A model generated the notes under the pieces. The model saw only the letters and a list, made by a program, of their open reading frames with translations, made no database searches and was not told the DNA's origin. A program made the translations under genes and the position numbers. Positions 24,812 through 36,960 of a DNA stretch of 64,000 nt are shown here, piece by piece (within the stretch, counting starts at the first letter, position 1; the number at the start of each line of letters is the position of its first letter). Origin of the DNA: Mobula hypostoma. Taxonomy: Eukaryota. Where the stretch lies: the NCBI RefSeq assembly GCF_963921235.1, contig NC_086097.1, positions 76,386,001 through 76,450,000 of the forward strand, in the 5' to 3' direction.

Positions 24812-25566
24812 CTGGAATCCTTTAGCTGAATCCTTGTCCAATATAAAGGCCTCATTGGAAGACGCGGTTCAATTACGGGTTTCCTTATGTGTCTACTTTT
24901 CTTCAAGTTGAAATTCGTGGCATTTGGATTTCCAAATGGGAATGGTGGAGGAGGAGGTGGTGGTGGTCCAGAGCCTGGGAGAGGAGGTGGAGGTGGAGGT
25001 GGAGGAGGTGGTGGTGGTCCAGAGCCTGGGAGTGGAGGTGGAGGTGGTACCCCAGAATCTGGGAGAGGAGGTGGAGGTGGAGGTGGAGGTGGAGGTGGAG
25101 GTGGAGGTGGAGCGGGTACCCCAGAATCTGGGAGTGGAGGTGGAGGTGGTACTCCAGAATCTGGGAGATGTGTTGTCAAACCTTGAGACTGAGATTCGGA
25201 GACTTGTGAGGATGAGGACAATGAAGCTTCCTCATTTGTCACCTGTAGAGAGTGAGGCGACTGGCCATTCAAGTTCAAGGAAGCAAGGTTCAATTTTCCT
25301 GGAACAGTTAGACTGCTTCTGGGTGTCCGGTTATCTTCTTGGTTTAATTGTATGAATGATTCTCTGTCAGTCTGAATGCAAACATTGCGAAACGTCTTTG
25401 GCACAAATTCATCTGCAGTGGAAACAGAAACATCTCTTGTTTCAGATTTTCCCTCCTTTGTTTTATTTTCCAAGTTATTTTTCAATTGTGCAATGGATTC
25501 TTCATGCTTAGATATTGCTTCAGCGTGTTCCCCACGGACATGGAAAAGTTTCAACTCAAATTCTTG
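24812..25566 (-). CDS. FMN1: Formin-1 coding exon: coiled-coil tail, FH1 polyproline region and start of FH2 (755 nt, phase 0 to phase 2)
   Basis: Translates QEFELKLFHVRGEH...KTFRNVCIQTDRESF...polyPro...RKPVIEPRLPMRPLYWTRIQLKDS. This matches recalled FMN1 motifs (KTFRNVCVQTDRETF; PMKPLYWTRIQ). Acceptor is ttttctgtttcccaacag and donor is AG|gtactg. The first 13 aa of the 266-aa ORF are intronic. Confidence 0.93.
24942..25168 (-). repeat. FH1-encoding (CCA/CCT)n repeat; five LP[D/G]SG(V)-Pn units
   Basis: Plus strand shows (GGAGGT)n runs separated by ccagaatctggga / ccagagcctggga spacers. Confidence 0.9.
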
Positions 25567-26979
25567 CTGTTGGGAAACAGAAAACAAATTAATAACATTG
25601 TACACTTATCGGGGCATATAATTATGATTTTGGCCTTTATTTTGACATTAGCTACTTAAGTTTTACAAGCACTTTCAGATTTCACACCATATTTTGCTCC
25701 AGTGTAACAAGTTTTGCCCATTGTTCTCACTGTGCTGAGTCACAAGTGTTCTGGGATGAACCATTCATAATATACCATGGGCAGTATTCCTGATAATTTG
25801 ATGAAAAGTCCAGGCCTACAGTATTGCTACAGCAACTATAGCATCTGAATAGGAAGAACCTTAATAAAAGAAGTTAGAGAGAACCATTTTGTTACACAAC
25901 TCCAAAGATTTGGGCAAAAAAAAGTCCTGGACTTTATAAAAGGAAGCATAGAGTACAGGACAAGAAAGTTATGATGAGATATAAAACTGTGCATTGTACA
26001 ACAACTGGAATGCTGTCTCCAAGACTAGACTAAGCACTTTAGAAGGATGTGAAGGCTTTGGATAGCATGCAGAAACTTTCACCACGACTTCCATGACCAT
26101 GTACTCCCTGTCTCCAGTAATAAAGCCCAGCCTGGCAAGATCTTGCCTGGCAGCATCAATGAATTATTCACATTTATCCACAGATCTCCATGTCTTTGTA
26201 CTTCTTTTAGAATTTAGATTTTTAGACCCTCAAGTTTATATTGCTTCTTCTCCATCAATAGATAATATTTGGTTTTTTTATCTGCCTATTAGACTACCGT
26301 TCCAATATCTCTTTGAAGTATATTACCATTTACTACCCATCCCAATTTTGGGCCACTTGCATTCTCTCTCTCTCTGTCTCTTTTCCTCTTCTGAACATTC
26401 TATAATTATCCTGGTTCTAACTTGTGTTGACAACTTAGCACTTATCATCTTCATATTTTCTGTGTTGCTTTACCCTCTATTGCGTTAATCAACAAATGAT
26501 CTCTTAATTAATCTTCTTCATATGAATATAGCTAGATGAAAGCTGAAACATCACCACCTTGAAGATATTCTGTTGTGTAATTACAGTTTTGCCTTAGAAG
26601 TTTTGATTCCATTTCGTTTGAGCCAGCTCTGTTCCCTTCCCGTTCAAATAGTCACTTCTCCAGTTGACAATTTTTAAACTTCGAATGGTTTCTGTATTTT
26701 TTTCCATACATATCTAAACTTCATGATCTGTTTCCTAGAAAGACTCTTATTGCTAGTTCTCAACCTGTCCTGGTACATTTTCCAAATCCAAGTCCAACAA
26801 GTCATCTTAGCCATTGGGTCAGGTAAAGAACATTGCCTTGAGCACACTTCATAAACTCTTACACCATACTGCCCCTTAGAATCAGTGTTTCTGATAGTTC
26901 TTCCCCATTATTACTACTCCATGACCTTTGTACAACTCTGTAATTTGCCTTCAAAATCATCTCTCAATATCCTTTCAAA

Positions 26980-27595
26980 TCAGGGCTTTGAGTACAAGAG
27001 TTGGGATGTTATTTTGAATTTAGTGACATTGGTGAAGCCAAATTGAATGTATTGAATGTACTGTAGTTCTAGTCATCTATTGTACCAACAAGAAAGATAT
27101 CAATAAGCTTGACAAAGTGCAGAAAATTTATGAGGATGTTGCGGGGATTTAAGGACTTGAGTTATAGGGAAATATTGAATAGCTTAGGACTTTATTACCT
27201 GGAGTGCAGGCGAATGAGAGAAGGTTTGATAGAGGTTATGCAAAATTATGAAGTTATAGATGGGGTGAATGCATGTAGACTTTTTACTCTCAGATTGGGT
27301 GAGACTAGAACTAAAGGTCATAGATTTAGTGTGAAAGAACAAATACTTATGGGGAATCTGAGGAGAAACTTCTTCACTCAGATGGTGGTATGAATGTGGA
27401 ACAAGCTGCCAGCAGAGGTAATAGATGCGGGTTCAATTGGAACATTAAGCAAATTTTGGATAGGTACATGGACAAAGAGAGTTTGGAGAGATATGGTCTG
27501 GGTGCAGTTAGATGGGACTTGGCAGAAAATCAGGTTTTTATGGAATAGATGGGCTGAAGGGCCTGTTTCTGCCCTGTAGAACTCCATGACTCCAT
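26980..27595 (+). mobile_element. CR1 LINE 3' fragment within older degraded CR1 sequence (about 25920-29550)
   Basis: LSYREILNSLGLYYLECRRMREGLIEV and WNKLPAEV, with tail gggctgaagggcctgtttct. Confidence 0.8.
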
Positions 27596-27895
27596 AACAT
27601 TGGTTGGCAGCCTGTAGAATAGTCTCAGTCATGTAACTATGGCCCTGCTGTTCATTAATATAATCTGAGTTATTATAGGAAATCATCTCTCTTCGGCACT
27701 GCAATGCTTCCTTTAATCAATACTGTCACTTCCTTTCTTTTATCCCTTCCCTATTTTTCTGAAAAACATGAATAATTAGAAACCATCCCTGCCTTTTATT
27801 TAAGGCAAGTCTCCATTATTGTCATGAATTCAAAACTCCACATGATTAATTTAGCTTGCAGATCACCAATCTTTTATGCCTACATAGGGGTATAT

Positions 27896-28061
27896 AGGGT
27901 GTCAGGGAAGGGTAGCACCTCTGGTGGGGGAACAGGTGGTTAGTCCACCTTTGGTTCCCATCTGGCACTCAACTCTCACCTGTGGCTCCTCGTAGCTGTT
28001 TGCATGCGACAGCAGCCACACCCCAGGCAACGGGTTCGACAAGCCAGCTAAACCAGCTGAG
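27896..28061 (+). ncRNA. HDV-like ribozyme motif (partly mutated copy)
   Basis: P1 gggtgt/acaccc, P2 ctcacctg/cagctgag, P3 ggc/gcc, L3 tcctcgt, J4/2 gctaa. Confidence 0.55.
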
Positions 28062-28430
28062 GGTAGCCGATGGGTCTCAAACCCTCTGTGAGATAGGGAA
28101 TTGTCTATCCCAGCATGTGAAGACAGACTCTGGTGGATTGAGCGTACAAGACCAATGGAAGGTCCAACTGTCAGGAAGGCGGTCTTTGCAAGTGTCGTGG
28201 AACGTGTAGAGCACGACAAGACACAGAAGTTGTCCTGGTCATCCACTGCGCCTCGGCCCATCTCCAGCCGTCTTGACTTTTGTCATGCCACTGGATCCAG
28301 ATGGGAATTGGGGAGAGAGAATGAGGCTGACACTGCGCAACTCTCCCTCACTTAAATCCAAATCACGCGCTAGTCTCGATACCATCACCATGGTGTCGAG
28401 GTCTTCATCGACGTCAACGATGGATGAACA
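27896..28430 (+). mobile_element. Non-autonomous retroelement (RTE-like 5' region) with HDV-like ribozyme fold
   Basis: Homologous to 36600-36960 on the opposite strand, with nested pseudoknot pairings at the 5' end. Confidence 0.6.
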
Positions 28431-31400
28431 ACATATCTATATACATGTCCTGGTAAATCAAGCTCAGACTTTTTTTTCCCCATTCTTTCATAATTTGGTC
28501 CTGCCTGAAAATATTCTGGTGCTTTCATTTCAAATCTTCTTTTTCCACCTTCATATATTCTCTTTTTTGTTTCTGTAGCCAACCTCGCCACACAACCTTG
28601 CTTACGAATCTGCAAGGACATTGTCTTGGTTCTGTGAGGTGTAATCTATTTAGTTTCTATCGGTTCCACCAAACCCCAACAGAACAGGTCAAATTCATCC
28701 GAAGTCCTTCGTCCAGCCACACATTTGTCTTCACTAACCTCTAAGCTAACGGGTGCATTGGATGATCTGGAGATTGTCATCTTCAACATTGTGTGTCTTA
28801 ATCTCTTTCTAAACTCACTAAAATATGCATGAGAGTCTCAAGCTTGTTATACTGCCCATGTCACCATTACAATATGGACTGTGACCTCTGGCTGTTTACT
28901 GCCCTCCAATCACCACCCTCCAGAATGTTCTGCAGCTGCAAGAGAGGCAGTATGCCATCTAGGTATTACCCCTACAACCACAAAAATATCATCCTGCTAA
29001 GTCTAATCAAAAAAATCATGAATAATTATACTCTCTTCACCTTTTTTACTCCATTGAGCCACCCAAGATACCATGGCTTTGGGTCTTGCTGCATTTGTCA
29101 GAGAAAGCCTCTCCCTCATTGACACATGGCTGACAGGAGATCAAAATATCTTCAATGATCTCATTAAGTATTTGCCTACTCTTTTTTTTGCCAATCTGGC
29201 TAACAGGCATTCCCAATCTTACTGTAGTCTCTTAAGTAGTTGGGTGATCACCATGAAACATACTTTTTAATAAACCATCAGCTTCTTGGATGGCAGCTAC
29301 TGCTCACACTGTAGAACTCAGATCTTGGGTTCCAAGATAGTCAAAGCATTCTGCAGTTCCCACATTGCGTGGGATAGGCATTCTACAGATTTTAAGGTGC
29401 CATGCCATGTCTCTTTTTATTAGATTAATTCAATTTGCTGAAAGAAATTATTAAAATGCTTACTTCCCTTAATGATTCTTTTAAATTTTCAGCTCTTTGT
29501 ATAAACACAATGCTTGTTTAAATTCACAGGACTTATGATTCACCAACTTCTCTTAAACTTACCAGCCTTGGTCTCATGTGTTCCTGTTAAACTTAATCAG
29601 GCTCCAATCTCTTGCTCCTTTTACCCTCACAGTCATTTGCACACACTTTACTTGTAATTCAGCAAAATTTAAATTTATATGCTTTTAATTGCACATGTCG
29701 TATGCAACATTCAGTTTTGTAATTTGGCTTTCCAGCATTTGAATGACAACAATACATGAGGTTAAAGTTATTTCCTAAGCAAAAACTATGCAAATAAATT
29801 AATGAGGTACACACATTATAAAAAGTCATAGACAAGTAGTGGAAATAATAAAACAAAGTCTAATAGAATTCTGGCCTTTGTGTCTGGAGATACAGGGGGA
29901 ACAATGGGAGGGTGTGGGACAGAAGTAAACTGCAGCATAACTTCAAACTTTTGTTTCTTGTCATCCAGATAATAGTTACTGGCATTCAATTTGTTTTTAA
30001 ATGAGTTAATTTTCATGACATTCATACCCTAGTCATGCATCCCCATGCCTATAAACTTGAACTTCAACTTGAAGGCAATTCTGCATTAAAGGCAAATTAC
30101 AGGCAATTCTGCATTTAATTTCAACTCTCACACTGCTATTCCAACATTACAAGCATATATCATCACTGAAAATTGAGATATTGAAGATGATATAAATCAG
30201 AAATTAAAAACAGAAAAAGGTGGAAGTATTCACAACTCAGACAGCTTCTGTGAAGAAACAAACATTACTCTGCTCTGCTAATATTCCCAGCATTTCCTCC
30301 TTTTGTTTACAGCTAAAGAGAACTTGTTTCTTATGACCAAAGTGAATGGCATCCAGAGGGCACAGATTTAATATGAATCAAAGGCAACACACGGAGCTTT
30401 CATTAAACTTGACTAGTATTTATAGAGCAAGAGCAGAGAAGTAGGATTAATTGAATGACTTCAGTATTATAAGAATTGCAAGAAGCCTGATAGACGGAGT
30501 GCATTCCAGTGTATTAGATCACTCTTTGACATTTATTAAGGAATTTTTACGCATGACTACTTCACTGTCCAATTATTTGAGAAAGTGTGGGCTTAATTTG
30601 CAGAGTTCACTAAAAGAATGGACCTCGAAGTCAGCATACGCATTTTAGTTACAAGGTAATTTTAAGCATGCATCAAAATAATTACCTCCTGTATTAAAGA
30701 TTCATTTTTCACAAAATACTGAGATGAGTCACTTATTTCCATGCTGTTCACACTGTGGTTTACCGAAAATTACTTTTCAAAAAATTACAGGAACCAGAAG
30801 CAATTCATCTTTTTTCAACATCAAGAAACATCCCCACATAGGCTTCACCAGTAATCCTTCTGACAGCAATTATATCTCCCGCACTGGCTTCAATTAAAAA
30901 TATCAGTAATGTTGTAAAATGATCTCCTGGTTATTTAAATAATATTTAATTTGTAGCTTATATCATTAGAATTTTAATAATAAAAATCTGTGGGACATGA
31001 CTGAAGCGGAGAACTGTAACATGGCGCATAAACGTACTGCGCCACTGCATGGCAGCTGGCAGATCTACAGCTATAGACATTAAAAACTCATATTTATTCA
31101 GCTTATTAAAGGTGGCACTAAATGATCCCTTCAGATGTCTTATAGGTAGAGAAACCAAGCGGTATTCCTGCACAATATCTCTGCTCTTGGCAAATTATTG
31201 TCAGGAAAAAACAGAGCAGTTTCTCTGATGGGAAAGTGATGCAGGAACAATGTTCAATGAAATGCACGGCTTCTCCCAATTGATTCACAGAATAAGTACA
31301 ATGTTATATAAGCAAAAAGCAATGTCACAGAATTATTTTGTAAAAGTTTGAGAAGCAAAGTGAAATGGCAAAATATATTTATCTTATTTAATAATCAGTG

Positions 31401-33369
31401 ATTAATTTAGCCAATAGTTTACGTGGCCATTAAGTTGATATTGTGCTCCAAGCAGGAAGGCAGATCACTTGAACCGCTTAAAGAATGTATAGGGTCAGCT
31501 ACTTCAGATATCCCATACTGTACGTTTACATGTTGACCTTTAGAAAACGTGATGTAGAAATGATCGACAGAACGTGACGGTAAAGGGTATAGAGTAAATC
31601 AGCATTTTAGGCTTAAGGTTATAAACAAAAAACAAAACTACAGCCTCTGTAGCTGCAGTGGCATAGCTGGTAGAGCTCAAGGAACCTAGGTTCAACCCTC
31701 ACTTTTGATACTGTCTGTGTCGAGTTCAGTGTTGGATAAATGAAATGTGGATGAGGTTTTGAAGAGGGTGAAGATATTTAACAGGATAGTACAAGAAGAA
31801 CATAAGGAGACAGAAAAGGTGAATTTTATATTGCAGCCAGGGAAATTGGCAAAAAAATCAAAAGTGGTATTCAAGATCACGAGAGCCGAACATTTCAAGT
31901 GCTCTCAAATGGACAGGTTAGATTGCACAAGGACATGAAAGACAAGTTTAGTTGTGGAATACTGTGCTGAAAACTTAACTTGCAATGCCTTGAGAACAAT
32001 TGAACGACCATTGCATATTTTAGGACTTGAGAATGTGATGCCAGAATTGAGGCCAGTATGGGGGGGTGGAAGTGTTGGAGCAGAGGGGAGGGAGGGAGGG
32101 CTGGGTACCACAAACCTGAGTGTGGCTGGAGCGTGGCTGTGGAAAGAGGGACTGAGGATTCAGGGAGTAGGAGAGATGGGAAATACTAAGGATTGAAGCT
32201 GGCAATTAGGCTATGGGGGCTTGGAGGATCAGAGGGTTGGGAAGATTGGATGTTCTGGTGGTCAGGAGTGCACTGTACGGCAAAATGGTGAAGGTTATGT
32301 CAGGGTCTTTCTTTACATTGGTCTCAATTGAGTGCTATATTACTAAAATGTGGTTGGTCTGTGAAGGTTCAGTCTGATGGTGACAAGATAACTTCATCTA
32401 GGTTCTCCTACGAAGCTCCAAGAGGGACAATGCACGGTGAAAGATATCATCCTGGGTGCTGCGTATGTGGACAGAACATGAGGAGCACAAGCGTGTTTAA
32501 AACCAGGAATTTCCAAAGTGATCCAAAATCCAGAATCTGAAAAAATACTATCATGCATTTAATTTAATTCTTGTGGTGTTTCAATTGGAAAAAAATTTTC
32601 CACTGCCACGATGATTGGTCACAGGGAAATAAGTACAAGGTAGGACAAAATCCAACTGCTGGAACAAATCAGTGAGTCAGGCGGCTTGTCTGGGGGCAAA
32701 AGGACAGTCAATGTTTCAGGTTATGACCTTGTATTAAGACCAGAAAGGTTGATCACCTCTTTATCGCCACAGTAGGTTATTGCTTCAGATTCCAGTGTCT
32801 GCATTCTTTCGCATCTCCAACAGATAAAAGTTGATGGCCAAAAGAAAAAGTAGGATGGAGATTAGATATTTTGTTCAAATTTACAATGGATTGTCGAACA
32901 TAATAAGAGGATGGATGTACATTCAAAAGTAATTTTGAGTGTGAAAAGTGAATTAATTTAAAAAGGAGATATTTTCATGACCTTACAGAAAGACTCAGGG
33001 CATGAGACTAACAGGATGTCCTTTGAGAAACAAACAATAGTTTAAATGCTTCCTTCTGTAAGGTATAATTCTATGAATGAGAAAGAAAGATGCAAGTAGC
33101 ACCCAACTGAAATACAAGGAGACACCAGAATGGTCAACATGTACTTTTGAATTCATTGTAATAAAATAAGATGTTCTCCGTTTTGTGCTCAGTTATTTGT
33201 GGCTATTTCAGTTATAGTGAAAAACTTGGATAATCAATGAATAGCGTCAATATCTCAATCAACAATGAACAATATTTCTGGAACCTCTGGACAGTAAAGA
33301 CTATTGTTTATTGAGTACAGTTCTGCATTCAATACCATGATTCCAAGCATATTCATCTCCAAAATCCCA

Positions 33370-34385
33370 GACCCGTTACAGAACGCAATCGGTAAAGATA
33401 GGTAGCAACAGCTCGACCATGATTACTCTCAACACCAGTGCACCAGATGCTTCATCTTCTGCCCACTACTTTACTCCTTATACACTCATCACTGTATGGC
33501 CACATTCCACTCTAATTCCATCGACAAGTTTGCAGGTGACATCACATTGTTGCCCATATCTCAGATAATGATGAGCCCAAGTAGAGGATGGAGACAGACA
33601 GCTTAGTGACATCATGGCCTGACAACAACCTTTCCCTCAATGACAGCAAAACAAAAGTGCTGGTCACTTTCAGCAGTGCTGATTCTAAGATGGTTGAGAG
33701 TATCAAATTCTGAGGAGTTAACACTACTACAAGCCTTCCCTGGTTCATTAACATAGACACCATAGTCAAGAAGTGCTCCTACTTCCTCAGGAAGCTAAGG
33801 GAATTTGGTGTATCCCCTTGACTCTCATCAATTTTTAAATTGATGGCCCCTAGAAAACATCCTACTTAGATACATCATGCCTTGGTATGGCAATTGCTCT
33901 GCCCACGATCACTAGAAGCTGCAGAGAGATGCGAACACAGCTAAGCATATCACAGAAACTAGCCTACCCTCCATGGACTCTTTTTATACTTCTTACTGCC
34001 TCACTAAAGTAGCCAGCATAATTAAATACCCTACCCACCCAGACTTCTCACTTTCTCGCACTTCCATTACGCATAACAAAAAAGTCAAAACCTGAAACCT
34101 CCAGGCTCCAGGACAGCTTGTATCCTGCTGTTATAAGACTATTAAATAGTTCCCTAGTACAGTAAAATGGACTTTTTGACCTTACGATCTTCCTTGTTAT
34201 AATCTTGCATTTTATTGGTTACTTGCACCGCGATTTCTCTGTAGCTGTTAAACTGTGTACTGCATTGTTGCTGCTTTACCTTGTTCTACCTCAATGCACA
34301 GTGCAATAATTTGATCCATGTGAACTGTATCCAAAACAAGCTTTGTACTGTATTCTGGTACGTGACAAACTACTCCAATTCCAAA
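33370..34385 (+). mobile_element. Degenerate Rex/Babar LINE RT and 3' end
   Basis: ctcaacaccagtgcacca, aagtttgcaggtgacatcac and tacttcctcaggaagctaag motifs. Confidence 0.75.
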
Positions 34386-36331
34386 GTAACCTCTGACCTC
34401 AGACTGCCCTGAAAAAAGTTCTGATAAGCTCACTCCTGTCAAAAACCTTCTTCAAGTTTTTATTGTGCATCTCAAATCTCAAATCAGAGGCATTAGAAAA
34501 ACTCTTGATAAGCAATTAAACATGTAAAAATATATGTGTATATATATATATAAATATATAAAACTTGGTGATTCTCTAAAAGTGACCTGAAGTGCACCTA
34601 ACTTGTTAGCTCAAGATGCCTGCATTAAGCACTGGACTCTGAGCCAGGTCCAGCAGCAAAGCACAAGGTCAAACCCACCGGGATCCCAGTGCTGGCTCAT
34701 AACGCAAAGGTACAAAATCAGGAAAGAGATGGCCCATGCCTTAGGGTTCTCTCCAGAACCAGCAGTTGAAGAACATCATACTCTGACCTGATGAGAATGT
34801 TATTTGGGAAAGAGAGGTGTAGTATTTTCTTCAGAGGAAGAGCTCCTTATTAAAATGTCCCTACAATATTAGCTTGAGAAGGTAAATATTATGTGGAAAA
34901 CATCCCAATCATATATGCTGCGTCATTTTCCTTCTCTCCAAATCACACTTCTACTTCCATTATAATTGAATACAAAGGAATTTTGAATGAGAATCCCATT
35001 TCTGGATCTCAGTCCTCACTGCATGGGTGCAGCAAAAATACTTAAGTGGTCTCTCAAGCTCTTAGGGTATCAGAAACAAATCTTCCTCAGAGTGGAAGTA
35101 GCAAAAATTCCTCTGACCTCCAATAACTGGTTTTACAATTTAGTTGGTAAGCTTCAAATAAGATCATCTTTCTGGTATCAACTGCTTTGAGCAATACTTG
35201 AGTCTCATGTGAATAACATTACACACATAACTTCCACTCTTTCTGGCCCAACTTAAGCATAACTACATGACTTTAATGTATGATTGACAGGCAGCTCACT
35301 TTGGAGACTGTAAATTGGATCACTACTACGATGAACATATCACATAAGCTCAAACTTAGGAATTACAGTAGGAAATTTTTACTGAAACAAAAGCAAACGT
35401 GCTAGAAATACTCAACAAATCACAGCACATTTGTAGAAAGAGAAACAGAATCAACATTTCAGACAAAGGCTCTTCATTAAAATCTAAATCTTTGTCCCTG
35501 ACCTGATACAATGATTGCTTCTCTCCTACAGATGTAGCCCAACCTCTGAGTAATTCAAGAATGCCCTATGCTTATTTTGTATTTCCAGAATATGCATTTT
35601 TATTTTCAGTTAAACTAAAATTGCTTTAATGATCCTGCAGCCGTTTTAATATATCCAGAGTTCCTCTGACAGTAGATAGTAAAATAAACTGACAATAGCA
35701 AAAATGAAACATTAAATTTAACATATTTAAGGTTGAATGTAATCACAAGTAATTTGATGAAAATTCAAACCTTATCTAAATTTCAGTACTGAGCCCAAGC
35801 TCTTATGCAGTATGGAAAAAAAAATCATTATTTAAAATGGATGACACGACTGTCAAATTTGTACTATTCTGAATACGGTACTAAGGCTATACAAGATGTC
35901 AATCTAAAGGCACAGGAACAAGTTTGCAAATATTCATGAGACATCAAACATTGTAAAAATACAAGTAACACGGTGGATTCCAGTTAATTGGGTTATCAGT
36001 TAATCAGGGCAGCCACTTATTTACAACTCTCAAAGAACAAAAACTAATCGAGAAAATAGCCGGGATTTACTTTGTTTATTTGGGTCATTATGCTGCTTAA
36101 TTGGAACAGGAGACTGCTGCCAAACAGTTTCTAACTGGCATCAGTCACGTGAAATTGTGTGGTCATTACACACTACACAGTACTAAGAGCGAATAGTTTT
36201 CAAATAGCGTTAGTTGCATGCATTTGTGCTCAAAAAGCAGTGATTTCTGTCACTGATAGTTGTCAAGAAATAAGCAGTAAGCCAACTTAGAATTGTTTTG
36301 CTCACTGCGGTTTCAAGCATTCAGGCTTGGG

Positions 36332-36595
36332 GGCACAGCTTTAAGGTGCTTGGTAGAAGGTACAGGGGGATGTCAGTGGTAAGTTTTTCCACACAGAGAG
36401 TACTGGGTGTGTGGAATGCACTGCTGGCGACAGTGGTGGAGACAGATACAATAGGGTCTTTTAAGAGACTCTAAGTTAGGTACATGGCGCTTAGAAAAAT
36501 AGAAGGCTATGCTGTGGAGAAATTTTAGGCAGTTTCTAGAGTAGGTTACATGGTCGGCACAACATTGTGGGCCGAAGGGACGTAATGTGCTGTGA
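36332..36595 (+). mobile_element. CR1 3' end nested in the DNA transposon
   Basis: Reverse complement of the 8760-9030 CR1 tail (acaacattgtgggccgaaggg). Confidence 0.8.
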
Positions 36596-36599
36596 GTAG

Positions 36600-36960
36600 A
36601 TATCACAAACTGGGGTCTTCCTTGGTTGCAGTGGTTGACCATTACTTCTTCTGTGCCCTTCGCTCTCCACAAAGCTTTGCAGAACCACCTTCTTGGCTGT
36701 TGGATCTCACCGTTGATCTTATCCATCCAGTTTGTCAGAGCTGATTTCACATGTTAGGACAGGTTTGCCCGTATTCCACCTGGTTATGAGGCCTGCCAGC
36801 CACCCTCACCTGGTTTAGCCTGCCTGTCGAAGCAGTGTACCGTATTCTGGCCGCTGTTGCATGCAAACAGCTAGTTGGAGCCACAGGTGAGTGAGCTGCC
36901 CCAGAATGGACACACCGAGCCCTTCACCAGAGGTGCTACTCTTCCCTGGACACCCCATGC
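36600..36960 (-). mobile_element. Second RTE-like 5' element copy with HDV-like fold (36805-36956)
   Basis: Shares ggggtgt..agggaag.gtagcacctctggtg, ctcacctgtggctcc, agctgtttgcatgc.acagc.gcca and gctaaaccag.tgaggg with the 27.9 kb copy. Confidence 0.6.

Noticed and set aside
24887..25355. Plus-strand Gly-rich, Trp/Arg-rich and Glu/Val-rich ORFs
   Set aside because: Antisense shadows of the FH1 proline codons.
31655..31730. tRNA-like A/B box sequence
   Set aside because: No full cloverleaf; looks like a truncated SINE head.
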